Source of the DNA: an uncultured delta proteobacterium
GTDB taxonomy: Bacteria > Myxococcota > Kuafuiibacteriia > Kuafuiibacteriales > Kuafuiibacteriaceae
Assembly: GCA_963803435.1 (NCBI GenBank)
Contig: CAWDML010000008.1
Coordinates: 480,001 to 544,000 of the forward strand
Length of the DNA: 64,000 bases
Reading direction: 5' to 3'
Numbering within the stretch: the first letter of the stretch is position 1; the number at the start of each line of letters is the position of its first letter. Both the position numbers and the translations under genes were made by a program. The notes beneath the pieces were generated by a model that saw only the letters and a program-made list of their open reading frames with translations, ran no database searches and was not told the origin of the DNA. Positions 7,722 through 18,610 of the stretch are shown piece after piece.

Positions 7722-10351
7722 TGGGGGCTCGGCGGGAACCGGAGGAGGATGATCACGGACTCGGCCGCACGGACGGAGATCCCGTCGGGCGAGCGGAAGC
7801 CGTTCTGGTACCGCACGGGCGCGTCGGCACGCCGGAGATCGACGGCACCGGCCACGTGGTGATAGCCGTTCACGTCCTCGCTGGTGCGCGTGATCTTGTG
7901 CGAGGTCGCGAGCAGGGTCTCGCCGCCGGCGCGAAGCTCTCCCGAACGCCGCGCGTCGGCGGAGGAGATGCCGGAGATCCGCACGCTCTGGATCGAGAGG
8001 TAGTCGCGGGCGTCGGGCGGCGCCTCGCTCTCGAGCTCGGCTTTGGGCTGAAAGATGGTCGAGGTGGTGGTCTCGGCGCCGAGCGACTCGGCGTATTGGG
8101 TGGCCTCGAAGGCGTCGGCGCGGAAGGCCATGATCTTGCGGAACGCCCAGCCGCTGGGCGCCCCGGCGCGGATGCTCTCGACGTCGGCGAACGTGACCCC
8201 CGGCTCCGGGAAGACGAAGCTGCGGATCCGCAGCCAGTCGTAGGTGATCTCGCTCCCCTGCGTCTCGTTGGCGAGCCGGGGCTGGAGGCGTCCGACGGGG
8301 AGGTCGGTGTCGTGGCTGGCGATCAGGGTGTCGTCCTGGGCGAAATGAACCGCCGCGCCGCTCTCCCGAGCGATCCGCCACACGTGGAAGCTGGTGGGCG
8401 TGTCCGCGGTGAAGTGCGTGAGGACGCCGTTCGTCTCGGCGTGATGATCGGAGTCGTCGGAGAACCAGGACATGGTGCCGCCCTGACCCGAACCGCCGAG
8501 CCAGGTCATTCGGTTGCCCACGGGCGTGCTCAGCCGGCTCCGTACCTCCCAGATCGTGTTCTCGAGATACCCGCCGAGCTGCCGCACGCGAACGCCGGGT
8601 CCGACCGTCAGCTCGCCGCCGTTCAACTCGGCGGTGCCGTTCTCGACGGTCCAGTCGTTCGGATCGAGCTGGGCGGCGTCGAAGCCGTCGAAGAAGAGGA
8701 ACACGAGCGCCGGATCCTCGGGCGGCGGTCCCGCGTCCGGATTGCCGAAGTACAGGTGGTAGACGTCGGAGCTGTCGAGGTCGAGCTGGTTGACCGTCGA
8801 GAACCAGATGGTCGTGTCGGGCTGGTTCCATGAGGAGTCCGGATCGAGGATGCGGTCGAGCTCGGTGCCGTCGAAGACCACGCGGACGTCGCTGCCGTCG
8901 GCGTTCGACATGCCGGCGGCCACCATCGCCGCGTGATCGAACGTCACCGGGATCGAATAGCCCGCCGGCGACACGGTCCCCGTGGAGGCGACGGTGATCG
9001 GGCGGCGGTGATCCCAAGCCAGGTCCCACCAGTTGGTGGTGGTGCCGACGCCGCTCGAGCCACCGCGCAGCGTGAAGGCGTGGGGCCGAACGTCGAGGTT
9101 CTGCTCGAAGGCGACGAACATGGGCGCCCAGTTGGCCCTGCCGTTGGAGAAGCCGCTCCCGTTGCGATCGTTGGGATGGCGGGCCCCGGTCTCGTCCTGA
9201 AGGTAGGCGCGCGCCGTGTCGACGCCGGGGAGCTCGGTCTGACTGAGCTCGGCAAAGACGAAGTAGTCGCCAGCGAAGGACGGCGTGAAGGCGAGCGTGC
9301 CCAGATCGAGCCGGTCCCCCGTCAGCTCGGTGACGTCGTCGTCCTCGAAGAACTGGAAGTCTGCGGACGCAGGGACCCGCGCGGCCACGACGCGGAGATC
9401 GTCGGCCTCGGTCGTGCCGAGCTCGGCGCGGAACTCGAGCGCGACCTGAATGGGCGAGTCCTTGCTGTCCACGCGATCGAACGTGATGAAGCCGGCCCAG
9501 TTGTTCGTGGTGCCCATGGTCTGGTGACCGAACATGGTCGATTCCACGCCGTCGATCGTCAGCCGCATCTCGGCGGTGATCTCGGTCGGGTCGGTCGAGC
9601 GGAGCTTGCCGCTGGCGAAGACGGCCCATGTCTCCATCGGTCGGTTCGGCGTGAAGACCAGCGTGGTGCCGGGGATGATGACCCAATCGGCGGACGTGGT
9701 GGTCTGGGTCTCGAGCTGCTCGATCTCGAAGGTGTGGTTGATCTCGCCCTCGATCACGCAGCGATCGCTGCAGCCGTCCCCGCTGATCGCGTTGTTGTCG
9801 TCGCACATCTCGCCGGGCTCGACGCGACCATTGCCGCACTTGGTGCACAGGCTGCCGTTCGCGCACTGCCAGCCGGGCTCGATGGCGCAGGTCGGGGAGC
9901 AGCCGTCGCCGGCGGTCTGGTTTCCGTCGTCGCACTGTTCGGTGCCGCCGACGAAGTTGCCGTCGCCGCAGACCACCGGCGTCCCCAGGACGACGCGCAC
10001 CGGCGCGAGCTCACCGGCCACGATCGTGACGTCGACACGCCCCGAGCCGAGGATCTTGCCGTCGGGGTCGAGCCCGTCGGCACGGAGCGAGAGTGGCCCC
10101 GGCGTCTCGACGCCGACCACCACCTCGAACTCGCGAATGCCCGGCGGGTCGACGGAGAGCGGTACCGGGAACGTGGCCTTGTCGAGCGTGGTCCCGTCGG
10201 CGAACTGCCCGAAGACGTCGAGCGTGCGAAGGTCGAGGAGCGACTCGTACTCGATCGTCAACCGCACGCCCGTGCCGGCGTAGTTCGAAGAATCGCCGGA
10301 GCCGCTGCACGCTCCGATCAAGAGGAGGAGGATCGGCCAGAGACGCCGCAC
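7718..10351 (-). CDS. Large lipoprotein with Myxococcus Cys-rich (DUF4215-like) repeats and a DUF2341-like domain
   Basis: GTG start VRRLWPILLLLIGAC; two CGxG...E.CDD.N...GDGCS..C repeats; WW...W..RR.ITV...DGSDVRV...IWF...YFGNP segment. Confidence 0.75.
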   Translation of the reverse strand: MRRLWPILLLLIGACSGSGDSSNYAGTGVRLTIEYESLLDLRTLDVFGQFADGTTLDKATFPVPLSVDPPGIREFEVVVGVETPGPLSLRADGLDPDGKILGSGRVDVTIVAGELAPVRVVLGTPVVCGDGNFVGGTEQCDDGNQTAGDGCSPTCAIEPGWQCANGSLCTKCGNGRVEPGEMCDDNNAISGDGCSDRCVIEGEINHTFEIEQLETQTTTSADWVIIPGTTLVFTPNRPMETWAVFASGKLRSTDPTEITAEMRLTIDGVESTMFGHQTMGTTNNWAGFITFDRVDSKDSPIQVALEFRAELGTTEADDLRVVAARVPASADFQFFEDDDVTELTGDRLDLGTLAFTPSFAGDYFVFAELSQTELPGVDTARAYLQDETGARHPNDRNGSGFSNGRANWAPMFVAFEQNLDVRPHAFTLRGGSSGVGTTTNWWDLAWDHRRPITVASTGTVSPAGYSIPVTFDHAAMVAAGMSNADGSDVRVVFDGTELDRILDPDSSWNQPDTTIWFSTVNQLDLDSSDVYHLYFGNPDAGPPPEDPALVFLFFDGFDAAQLDPNDWTVENGTAELNGGELTVGPGVRVRQLGGYLENTIWEVRSRLSTPVGNRMTWLGGSGQGGTMSWFSDDSDHHAETNGVLTHFTADTPTSFHVWRIARESGAAVHFAQDDTLIASHDTDLPVGRLQPRLANETQGSEITYDWLRIRSFVFPEPGVTFADVESIRAGAPSGWAFRKIMAFRADAFEATQYAESLGAETTTSTIFQPKAELESEAPPDARDYLSIQSVRISGISSADARRSGELRAGGETLLATSHKITRTSEDVNGYHHVAGAVDLRRADAPVRYQNGFRSPDGISVRAAESVIILLRFPPSPH

Positions 10352-10406
10352 GGTCGCCAACGATACACCCAGCGACCCGGACGCGGCACCGGGCAGACGT
10401 CGCGCT

Positions 10407-11087
10407 CTAGAGTAGATCCACCCACGCGCTCTTCGCGAATACGATCTCGCGGAGCCATGAAAGGCGCCTTGCACGCGCGAGCGCACGCCACTTCGGCCAG
10501 ACGGTCGCGTGTGCGCGAGCGAGCGTGTTCTCGAAGATCTCGCGATCGCCCGGGTTCGTCAGGATCGCCTCGGCCTGGGCGCGCTCGTCCCGCGCGAGCG
10601 GCGCAGCCGGCGGCAGGCGCACGCCCTGGCCCGAGATCCCGAGGGCGATCGCCTCCTCGATGACGTGCGGGAGCGGCGGCAGCCCGAGGAAGCGCAGACG
10701 CGCGTGGACACATTCGTGTCTGCGGATCGGTTCGAGATCGGCGAACCGATCGAGAACGGCGGCGGCCTGGAGCCAGATCGTGTCGCCGGCCAGCGCAGCC
10801 GCCTCGAACCGCGCGCGTCCGGTGCGCGCCACGAACTCGTCGATCGTCGACGCCTGGCGCACGCGGATCCGCCAGACACCGGGGCCCGCTCGTGCGAAGC
10901 CCTCGCTCCCGCCTCCGCTCGCAGGGCTCGCTGCGCGCTTCGCTTGCCGGCCGGGGCCCGGGAGCTCTCGCGCCACCGCCTCGCAGGCGGCGCGCCACGG
11001 CTCGCGCAGGGCGTCGCCGGCGTCCACGTCAATCTCGGGTGAAGACGTGAACGGGCTCGCGAGCACCAGCAGGAGGAGCGGCGTCAC
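10407..11087 (-). CDS. Secreted HExxH (gluzincin/peptidase MA-like) protein
   Basis: Signal-like N-terminus; RHECVH followed by PHVIEE; 4-nt overlap with the SpoIID gene. Confidence 0.55.
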   Translation of the reverse strand: MTPLLLLVLASPFTSSPEIDVDAGDALREPWRAACEAVARELPGPGRQAKRAASPASGGGSEGFARAGPGVWRIRVRQASTIDEFVARTGRARFEAAALAGDTIWLQAAAVLDRFADLEPIRRHECVHARLRFLGLPPLPHVIEEAIALGISGQGVRLPPAAPLARDERAQAEAILTNPGDREIFENTLARAHATVWPKWRALARARRLSWLREIVFAKSAWVDLL

Positions 11088-12136
11088 TCGGCGCGGACCT
11101 CCAGGCTCGGGAAGTAGGCGTGCAGGATCTCCTCCGCGGTGGCGCCCCGCCGCGCGCGCTCGATCGCGCCCATCTGGCAGAGCCCCACGCCGTGGCCCAG
11201 ACCGCGGCCCCGCAGCCGGAAGGTGTCGCCGGCGCGATCGGCGACGAAGCTCGCCGACTTCACGCGGCCAAAGCCGAGCGTTCGTCCCAGCGTCAAATGG
11301 ACACGCTCGGCGAGGACCGTGAACGGGCCGCTTCGATCCTGGATCGTGAACGTGTCGCCGTTCGCCGAGAGGGCGAGCTCGAGCGAGGGCGCGTGGAGCG
11401 GGCGGCCCGCGAGCGGCTCGAGCGCGCGCGCCAGCGTCTGCTCGCCGAGCTCGGAGATCCAGCGGGCGTGCGGGCTCTTTCGGCAGTACGGCTGCCCCGC
11501 CGGATCCAGATCGGAGACGCCGGGGAGCGCGGTGCCGCGGAGATCGGGCCAGACCTCGCGGGCGTCGCGGGTGCGGCCGCCGCAGGTGCTGTGGAAGAAG
11601 ACCGGGGCCGGCCCGCCGCCGAGTGCGAGAATCCGGCCGGCCGTCGCGGCGAGCGAGGCGTCGAGCTGCGCCGAGCGGAGGACCTGACAGTGCGTGAGAT
11701 CGCAGAGATCGGCGTCCTCGTGCCGCGGCGCTCTCCGGGCGACCTGCGCGAACGTGCGGACCACGATGGCCAGCGCTCGCTTGGCCTCCTCCGGCGCGCC
11801 CGGCATCTCGGCGTCGACGACGCCGGCGACGTATCGCTCGATCTCGATCCGGGAGACCACCCGGAGCGCGCCGGCGTCGAGCGTGACCCGCAGCGACTCA
11901 CCGTAGGTTCGCACCGGGAGCGAGGGCGCTCGAATCCGCGCACCGCCGGGGCAGCTCAGCTCGATCTCCGGCTCGGTGAGGCAGCGCCTCTTTCCATCGC
12001 AGGCCTCGACGCCCTCCGGAGTTGCGCGGAGCGAGGCGATGCTCAGGCCCTTCAGCGTGCACTCCTCGACGGTCAGGCGATCGGGATGCTGCTTCGAGAG
12101 CACCACCACCGTCACCATCATCGCGGCCGCGCTCAC
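11084..12136 (-). CDS. SpoIID/LytB-domain protein (YfaQ-like)
   Basis: ERYVAGVVDAEM, A.AIVVRTFA, DLCDLTHCQ, FHSTCGG and GRGLGHGVGLCQMGA. Confidence 0.85.
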   Translation of the reverse strand: MSAAAMMVTVVVLSKQHPDRLTVEECTLKGLSIASLRATPEGVEACDGKRRCLTEPEIELSCPGGARIRAPSLPVRTYGESLRVTLDAGALRVVSRIEIERYVAGVVDAEMPGAPEEAKRALAIVVRTFAQVARRAPRHEDADLCDLTHCQVLRSAQLDASLAATAGRILALGGGPAPVFFHSTCGGRTRDAREVWPDLRGTALPGVSDLDPAGQPYCRKSPHARWISELGEQTLARALEPLAGRPLHAPSLELALSANGDTFTIQDRSGPFTVLAERVHLTLGRTLGFGRVKSASFVADRAGDTFRLRGRGLGHGVGLCQMGAIERARRGATAEEILHAYFPSLEVRAE

Positions 12137-12966
12137 CGCGACAGCTCCGCGACCAGGGCCGCGGCGACCGGCCCGGCGTCGACCGCGCCGCGCCCCTCGT
12201 TCACCACCACCACGAAGGCGAAGCGGGGCCGCGACGCGGGGAAGAAGCCCACGACCAGCCCGCGCGTGCCCCGGCTCCCTTCCTTCTTGGCCGTTCCGGT
12301 CTTGGCGGCCACATCCTTGCTGGGAAACACGCCGGCCAGGGTGCCGCCGGCGACCGCCTCCCTCATGCCCTCCGCGATCTGATCGAGCGCTCGCGGATCG
12401 AGCTCGGTTCCGCGCCCACGTGTGGCGATGATCGCGACCGCGTCGAGGAGCGAGAGCGGCGTGACCCGCAGGGCGAGGTGGTCGCCGACCGCCACGTCGG
12501 GGAGATCGCGCGCCGGGATCTCGCCGGGCAGCAGATCGCGCACGCGTCCCGGGCGCGGCTCGCCGAAGCCGAACGCGCGGTAGATCGAGAGGAGCCGCTG
12601 GTCGTCGAGATACTGAGCGTTCTCATAGAACCAGACGTTGCACGACTCGGCGATCGCGGTGCGCAGCTTCATCGGACCGTGGCCCGCGCGAATCCAGCAG
12701 CGCCGCTCCTGGCCGAGGGCGTCGACGTGCTTGCCGCGGCACTCGTAGACCGAGTCGGCTCGGCCGGCCTCGATCAGCGCGTAGGCGGTGAAGGCCTTCA
12801 TGACCGAGCCCGGCATGATCCGCTGGTGGCGGACCTCGCCCCGCTCGAGGACGATCCGCTGATCCGAGAGCGACATGACCACCGCCGCGTCGCCCTCGGC
12901 GAGGGTCGGAGCCGCGCGGGCGCTTCCGGCCGCCAGCAGCGCGGCGATGAGGAGCGGCGTCTTCAC
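12133..12966 (-). CDS. Stand-alone penicillin-binding transpeptidase-domain protein
   Basis: Signal peptide; SxxK (PGSVMK), SxN (ESCN) and KTG (AKTGT); no transglycosylase domain. Confidence 0.85.
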   Translation of the reverse strand: MKTPLLIAALLAAGSARAAPTLAEGDAAVVMSLSDQRIVLERGEVRHQRIMPGSVMKAFTAYALIEAGRADSVYECRGKHVDALGQERRCWIRAGHGPMKLRTAIAESCNVWFYENAQYLDDQRLLSIYRAFGFGEPRPGRVRDLLPGEIPARDLPDVAVGDHLALRVTPLSLLDAVAIIATRGRGTELDPRALDQIAEGMREAVAGGTLAGVFPSKDVAAKTGTAKKEGSRGTRGLVVGFFPASRPRFAFVVVVNEGRGAVDAGPVAAALVAELSR

Positions 12967-15900
12967 TTTCTCCCGTCGATCCGCACCACGGTGGACGACG
13001 AGCGGGCGTGGTGCTTCACCGGCAGATACATCGCCTCGATCGTCGCGGGAGGCGTGCGGTACGCACCGGCCAGCGTGGCGCGGGCCAGGTAGAACAGCTG
13101 CGTGCGTCCCTTCTTCAGATCGGTGACGAAGAATGCCGTGCGCTCATCGCCGTGCTCGCGGTGGACGCCCTTCGGCTCCAGGACCACGCCCTCGATCTGC
13201 TGCCCGGCATCGCGCTCGATCGGCTCGATCCCGGCGGGCCGCGGGTCCTCGATCAACGCGTGGGAGAGCGCGCGATCGCTGGTGACCTCGAGCCGCACCA
13301 GGATCGGGGTGCCCTCGGTGAAGCGCTCGACCGAAGGCCCGACCTGGTAGGCCCCGGTGGATCCGGTCAGGTGGAGGTAGCTGCGGCGGATCGAGAGACC
13401 GGCCGTGGCCACCGGTGCGAACACGTCCCGTCGCTCGAGCCCCGAGATCGCCACCGAGTGGAAGATCGCGGCGCCGCCCTTCTGCTCGATCTCGACCGTG
13501 CTCTTGCCGGTGAGCTTCGCGGCAGGCGTGAGGATCTTCGCCTCGGCGAGCGCGTCCACCCTCTCTTTCGCCACCTCGGTGCCGTTCACGCGGACGATCA
13601 CCTCCGCCGGCTGAGCGGTCGCCTGCTCCGCCGACTCTGCGAGCGCGCGCACTGCGATCGCGGTCTGACGGGTGCTGCCGAAGCGGCCCTCTTCGTACTG
13701 CTCCATCAGCCAGGCCTCGGCGGCGGCGATGTCGGCGGCGCCGGCGCCGAGCGCGATCAGGGCACGCAGCGCCGTACCGGTGCACTCGATCGGGTGATCG
13801 TCGGCGCGATCGTACGCGTCGTCGCACCAGGAGAGCCGGCCCTCCGCATCGCGCCGGGCGTAGCGGGGATCGAGCAGCAGCGTTCGAGCCTCCGCCATGC
13901 CGGCCTGGTCGTGTGCCGCCGCCGCCGCCAGCCCGACGTAGGCGACCGAGATCGGCAGCAGAACCTTCGCCTTGGCCTCCTCGATCAACGCCTTCGTCAT
14001 CGCGGGCTTGGCGACGCCATTCTTGGCCAGGGCGTAGAGCGCGAACGCCCGCACGGCCGGCTCGGGCGGCGTCTTCGAGAGCATGCGCTCGATGGCCGCG
14101 ATCCCGCCGTCGGTCCGGTCGGCCGGAACCGAGGTGCCGAGCGCCTTGGCCTCGGCGAGGCCCTCCATGACCCAGGCCGTCATCCAGAGGTCGGTCTGGT
14201 CGTTCTCCCACCAGCCCCAGCCGCCGTCGTCGTGCTGGAGCGTGCCGAGCCGCGCCAGGCCGGCGCCGATCATCGCCGGGAGATCGGCCGCGGGCTCCGG
14301 GACCGCGATCGAGAGCCGCGCCAGCGCCGCCTTGGTCGTGAGCAGCGGGACGAACCGGCTCATCGTCTGCTCGGTGCAGCCGTACGGGTAGCCGATCAGA
14401 TAGGGGAGGCTGGCGCGCACGGCGGCGATCGTGGAGGGGAACAGCTCGACGCGCAGCCGAGCCTGGGCCGCCGCGACCCCCTCCGGCAGCTCGATCGTGT
14501 GCGTGGCCCGGGTGCCGTCGGTGGTCCGTCCGCTCTCGGACACGATCCGGGGCGTGGCCCAGGGCATCACCGCGACGGTGGCTTGCAACCCGTCTTGCGC
14601 TTCGCCGCCCGATGCCCGCGCGAGGGAGCGCACCTGCCCCGAGCCGGAGGCGCGATAGGTGAACGGGATCCGGACGGTCTCGCCGTCACGGAGCGAGAGG
14701 CCCTTCAGCTTCTCCGGTTCGCCGATCGTCACCTCGATCTTCGCGTCGCCCGAGGCGGTGGAGAGGTCGAGCGCGGAGTCGAAGGCGGCGGCGCTGCCGG
14801 TGAGGTTCTGCACGATCAGCGCGCCGTCCCCGGCGTCGCCCTCGAAGACGCGCGGTGGCATCGACACGCGCACCACCAGCGGCTTTCGCGCGACCACATT
14901 GCCATGACCGCTGCCAACCGCGGTCTCCTTCGTGATCACGCGGGCGGTCGCGCGCCAGGAGGTGAGGTTGTCCGGCAGCTTCAGCTCGACGGTCGCCTTG
15001 CCCGCCGCGTCCGTGATCGCGGACGGGAACCAGCCGGCCGTGTCCTTGAATACCTTGCGATCATCCTCCTGCGGCTTGAGGGAGCCGAAGCGGAAGGGGC
15101 TCTCGCCGCCCGCGTCGGCGTGCTCGGCGAGATCGCGCGAGGTCCCGAAGAAGCGGAAGCTGATGCTGTCCGTGGTCCGCACGTCGTTTCGCTTCCGGTG
15201 ATGGAAGAACGACTCGATCGGTACTGCGATCTCGGGGCTGATGGAGTAAATCGCCTCGTCGACCACGCCCAGCGCTACCTCGGCGCCCGGCGACCGGCTT
15301 GCCCGCCCAGTCGGCGACGTGCACGGTGAAGGATACCTTCTCGCCGGGCTGCGCCTTCGGACGATCGGGCGCGACCTCGATCGAGAGCAGCTTCTCGCGC
15401 GGCGGCACGATCACCGAGCGCTGGCGCGAGTAGAGCTTGCCGCCCAGCACACAGGTCGCGGAGACGAAGAAGTTGGGCGTCTGCTTCTCGCCGATCTTCA
15501 CCCGGACGATCGCCGCGTGCTGCGTGGGTCTCGAGGACCTCGATCCGATAGAGGTCGCCGCCCTCGACGCCGAAGAGGACGTGCGCCGTGGGGGAGGGCG
15601 CCAGGATCAGCACGGTGGCCGTGTCACCCGCGAAGTAGCTCCGCCGGTCGGTGACCAGCTCGAGGTCGGTCGGTCCGTACGGGATCCCGGCGCCACCCTC
15701 TGCGGCGAACAGGAAGCCCTCGGCGGTGATCGCCTGGCCACGGTCGTCCTTGGCCTCGGCGAGCACGCGGTAGTAGCCGCTCTGCCCCGGCTCGAGCTCG
15801 ATGCGGGCGACGCCGTCCTTCTCGGTGCGGAACGACTGATCGAGCACCTCGACCGTCTCGGGCATGCCGTCCTTCCCCACCCGCTCCGCCTGCACGCGCA

Positions 15901-17550
15901 CGCGTACCTCGGTGGTCACGGGCTGTCCGGAGTAGTCGAGCGCGCGGACCTCGAGCTCCTGGGAGTCACCCGGCTCGACGACCAGCTTCTTCTGATCGAT
16001 CTCGAGCCGGAATGCGCCGCGGGTCACGGTCGCCTGCGCCGTGCCGATGATGGTCTTGCCGGTCGGAATCCTGTGCGACCGCCTCGATCACGTACGTGAA
16101 GTCTTCGCTGCCGGCGAGCGTGGTGAACGCGAAGGGACACTCGCCGCGTGCATCGAGCGTGCACGTCTGCTCCTCGATGGTCTCACGGGCCGTGTTTCGG
16201 TACTCGGCTTCGGAGTAGTACCAGGAGTAGTCGGCGTCCACGTACCAGGGCACATAGAAGCGCGTGCGGGTGACGCTTATCTTCACCTCGGCGCCGGGGT
16301 AGGGCGCGCCGAAGAAGTACTCGCCGACCACGTCGCCCTCGATGCGCTCACCGGAGCGAACGGCGCTCTTGTCGAGCCGCAGCGAGAGCCGTACCTCGGG
16401 CTTCACGAAGGCGAGCATCTTGAACTCGCCGCGGTGCCGCTGTCCGGCGATGGTGGCGTAGACGGTCCAGGTCCCGAACGCAGGATCCGTGGGCAGCACC
16501 ACCTCGGCGTCGAAGCTGCCGCGATCGGAGAGCGTGGTCTCGATCGTCTGGTACGTGTCGCCCTTGGGATCGACGATCTCGATCTGTCACCGGACCGCTC
16601 TTCGGGAGCACGAAGGTCTCGCCGGAGATCTCGCGGCGAAGCCCTTGATGTACGCCGTCTGCCCGGGACGATAGACGGGCCGCTCCGTGAACACGTAGAC
16701 CCGCGGCGCGTCGAGGTTGGCGGGGAAGAAGCGCGGGTCCAGCAGCGTGAAGCTCCTGCCGCTCCGGCCGTAGATCACCGGGCTCGACTCGAGGCCGAGA
16801 TCGAAGCGGGCCACGCCGCCCTGATCGGTCGTCGCCTCGCCCTTCTGCTCGCCCCGGACCTTGACGGTGATCTGCGGTGTCGGGTCGCGGATCACCGCTG
16901 GCCGGATCGACCGCCCACACCACGAGCTGCGTGGACGACTGCTTGGTCACCAGCGCCACATCCGTGACGAGCAGAGCGGTGTGTGCGATCTGTCCGCCGG
17001 CGGTCGCCTCGACCAGGTATGCGCCCGGCTCGGCGGCCGGAATCGGGATCTCGGTGTACGTCCAGGTGTCGCTGCTCGGGAATGCGATCTCCCACAGGTC
17101 GAGCAGTTCGTGGTCGTCGAGGATCGGGACGACGCGCTCCAGCGGGACCGACTCGCCGCCGGCGAGCGCCGATTCGTGCATCCGCGGGAGCGCGCCCTTG
17201 AGCGCGTCGCGGCCGCTCTGAGCGAACTGCTTCCGCGTCTCGTCGAGGAGGCTTCGGAGCCCGCTTCGCGCCCCCCGTGACAACAGCGAGAACACCGAGC
17301 GGCGCGGGGCGCCGGTCTCCTCCCTCGGTCGATGCAGGTCCGCCTGCGCATCGAAGTATTTGGCGGGATCGTCGATGCGGTAGAGGCGCACCTGCAGCCG
17401 CTCGACATCCTTGATCTCGAGCTTGACCGAGGCCTGCTGGCCCGGGGCGAACACGCGATCGGTCGAGAGGTAGAAGCGGGGTCCTCCGCCCTCCTGTGCG
17501 ATTGCGGTGGAGGAGAGGAGCAGGAGCAAGAGCACGAAGATGGTTCTCAT
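12963..17550 (-). CDS. Bacterial alpha-2-macroglobulin (about 1530 aa), split by about 6 single-base frameshifts
   Basis: Signal peptide at 17550; MG-domain motifs [30 protein letters not shown] and LPDNLTSW; thioester YPYGCTEQ; [10 protein letters not shown]; C-terminal PPATIEAMY. Consecutive pieces lie in different frames. Confidence 0.88.
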
Positions 17551-18610
17551 CGCGCGGGGCCCTCCAGCGACGACATCAGGGGCGCTCGAGCCTCGTGAAG
17601 CAGGAGCTCGAAGCGGTGGACGCCGAGAAAGCGGGGGTTGTGGGGGAGCGGATGCCAGCTCGGATCGGGATGGGCCAGCAGCGCCTCGAGTGAGACCAGA
17701 CGGACCTCGTCTCGGCCGGTGTGATAGACGACCCGGCGCGCGGCGTCGTGGATCGTCCCGCCGGTCGCTCGCCGAGCAGGATCATCGAGTGCATCCGGCT
17801 CCCGGTGTCGAACGGGACCGAGAAGAAGAGGAGGTCGCCGGCGCGGGCGTCTTCGAGGCGTCGTGAGATCAATCGCGTGTTGTGCTCCCAGAGCGTCCGC
17901 GCACCGGCGGCGGCGGTGAACTGCTCTCGGATCGGGAGTCGCGGATCGAACGGCCCTCCGACCTTGCGGAACGGCAGATCGCCGATGATCGGGAGATCGG
18001 GGTAGTGAAACGCCGCGACGTCGCGCTCTCCGATCGACAGCGGGTGCTTGCGCCGCGCCAGCCAGGCGGCGTCGTGGGCCCGGAGCGCTTCACGGTAGGC
18101 GAACCGGATCAGGCCGGCGCAGTCCTGATGGACCTTCGGCCAGGCGTCGTCGACCGCGGTGGCCTGGGCCTCGGCGATCGCGGTGAACCAGCCGGTGAAG
18201 GCGGCACGGTCCTCCTCGGAGAGGAGCTCGGCGGTGTCGGGGAGACCGTCGCTGTCGTCGTCGGTGGTCGAGGCGACCAGCCGGAGCTCGGCGCGAGCTT
18301 CGCCGGCGACGATCGTGACCGTCCCGCTCTGACGGCCCGCGCGGATCACCGTCGAGCCGTCGTACGCAGGCAGGATCTCGACACCGGCGGCGCGTTCGAT
18401 CTCGACGGCCGGTGGCGCACCCAGCGTCCGCGCCCCGAAGACGTTGGTCCGGTGGGCGCGGACGCGGGCGACGGCGCTGCCGTCCGCGGGCAGCGTGGTC
18501 CGGTCGAGCTCCACGGCTGTGCCGGCCGGGACCAGGCACACGGCGGTCACCACGAGCGCGATCGCCACGGCGCCGATGAGCGACCGGTCCCTAGGGGCTC
18601 GCGATGGCAT
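17547..18610 (-). CDS. DUF1175/YfaT-family protein with an N-terminal Ig-like part; one frameshift near 17760
   Basis: [20 protein letters not shown] and H.M; the shifted frame gives VYHTG...[10 protein letters not shown] and a stop overlapping the A2M ATG. Confidence 0.75.

Noticed and set aside
6375-9935. 1186-aa kinase ORF
   Set aside because: The first ~740 aa are an off-frame read of the upstream lipoprotein gene; only the part from ~7721 is kinase.
12963-17550. Programmed frameshifting or phase variation in the A2M gene
   Set aside because: Too many shifts, no evident slippery or long homopolymer tracts, and the same pattern occurs in an unrelated metabolic gene.
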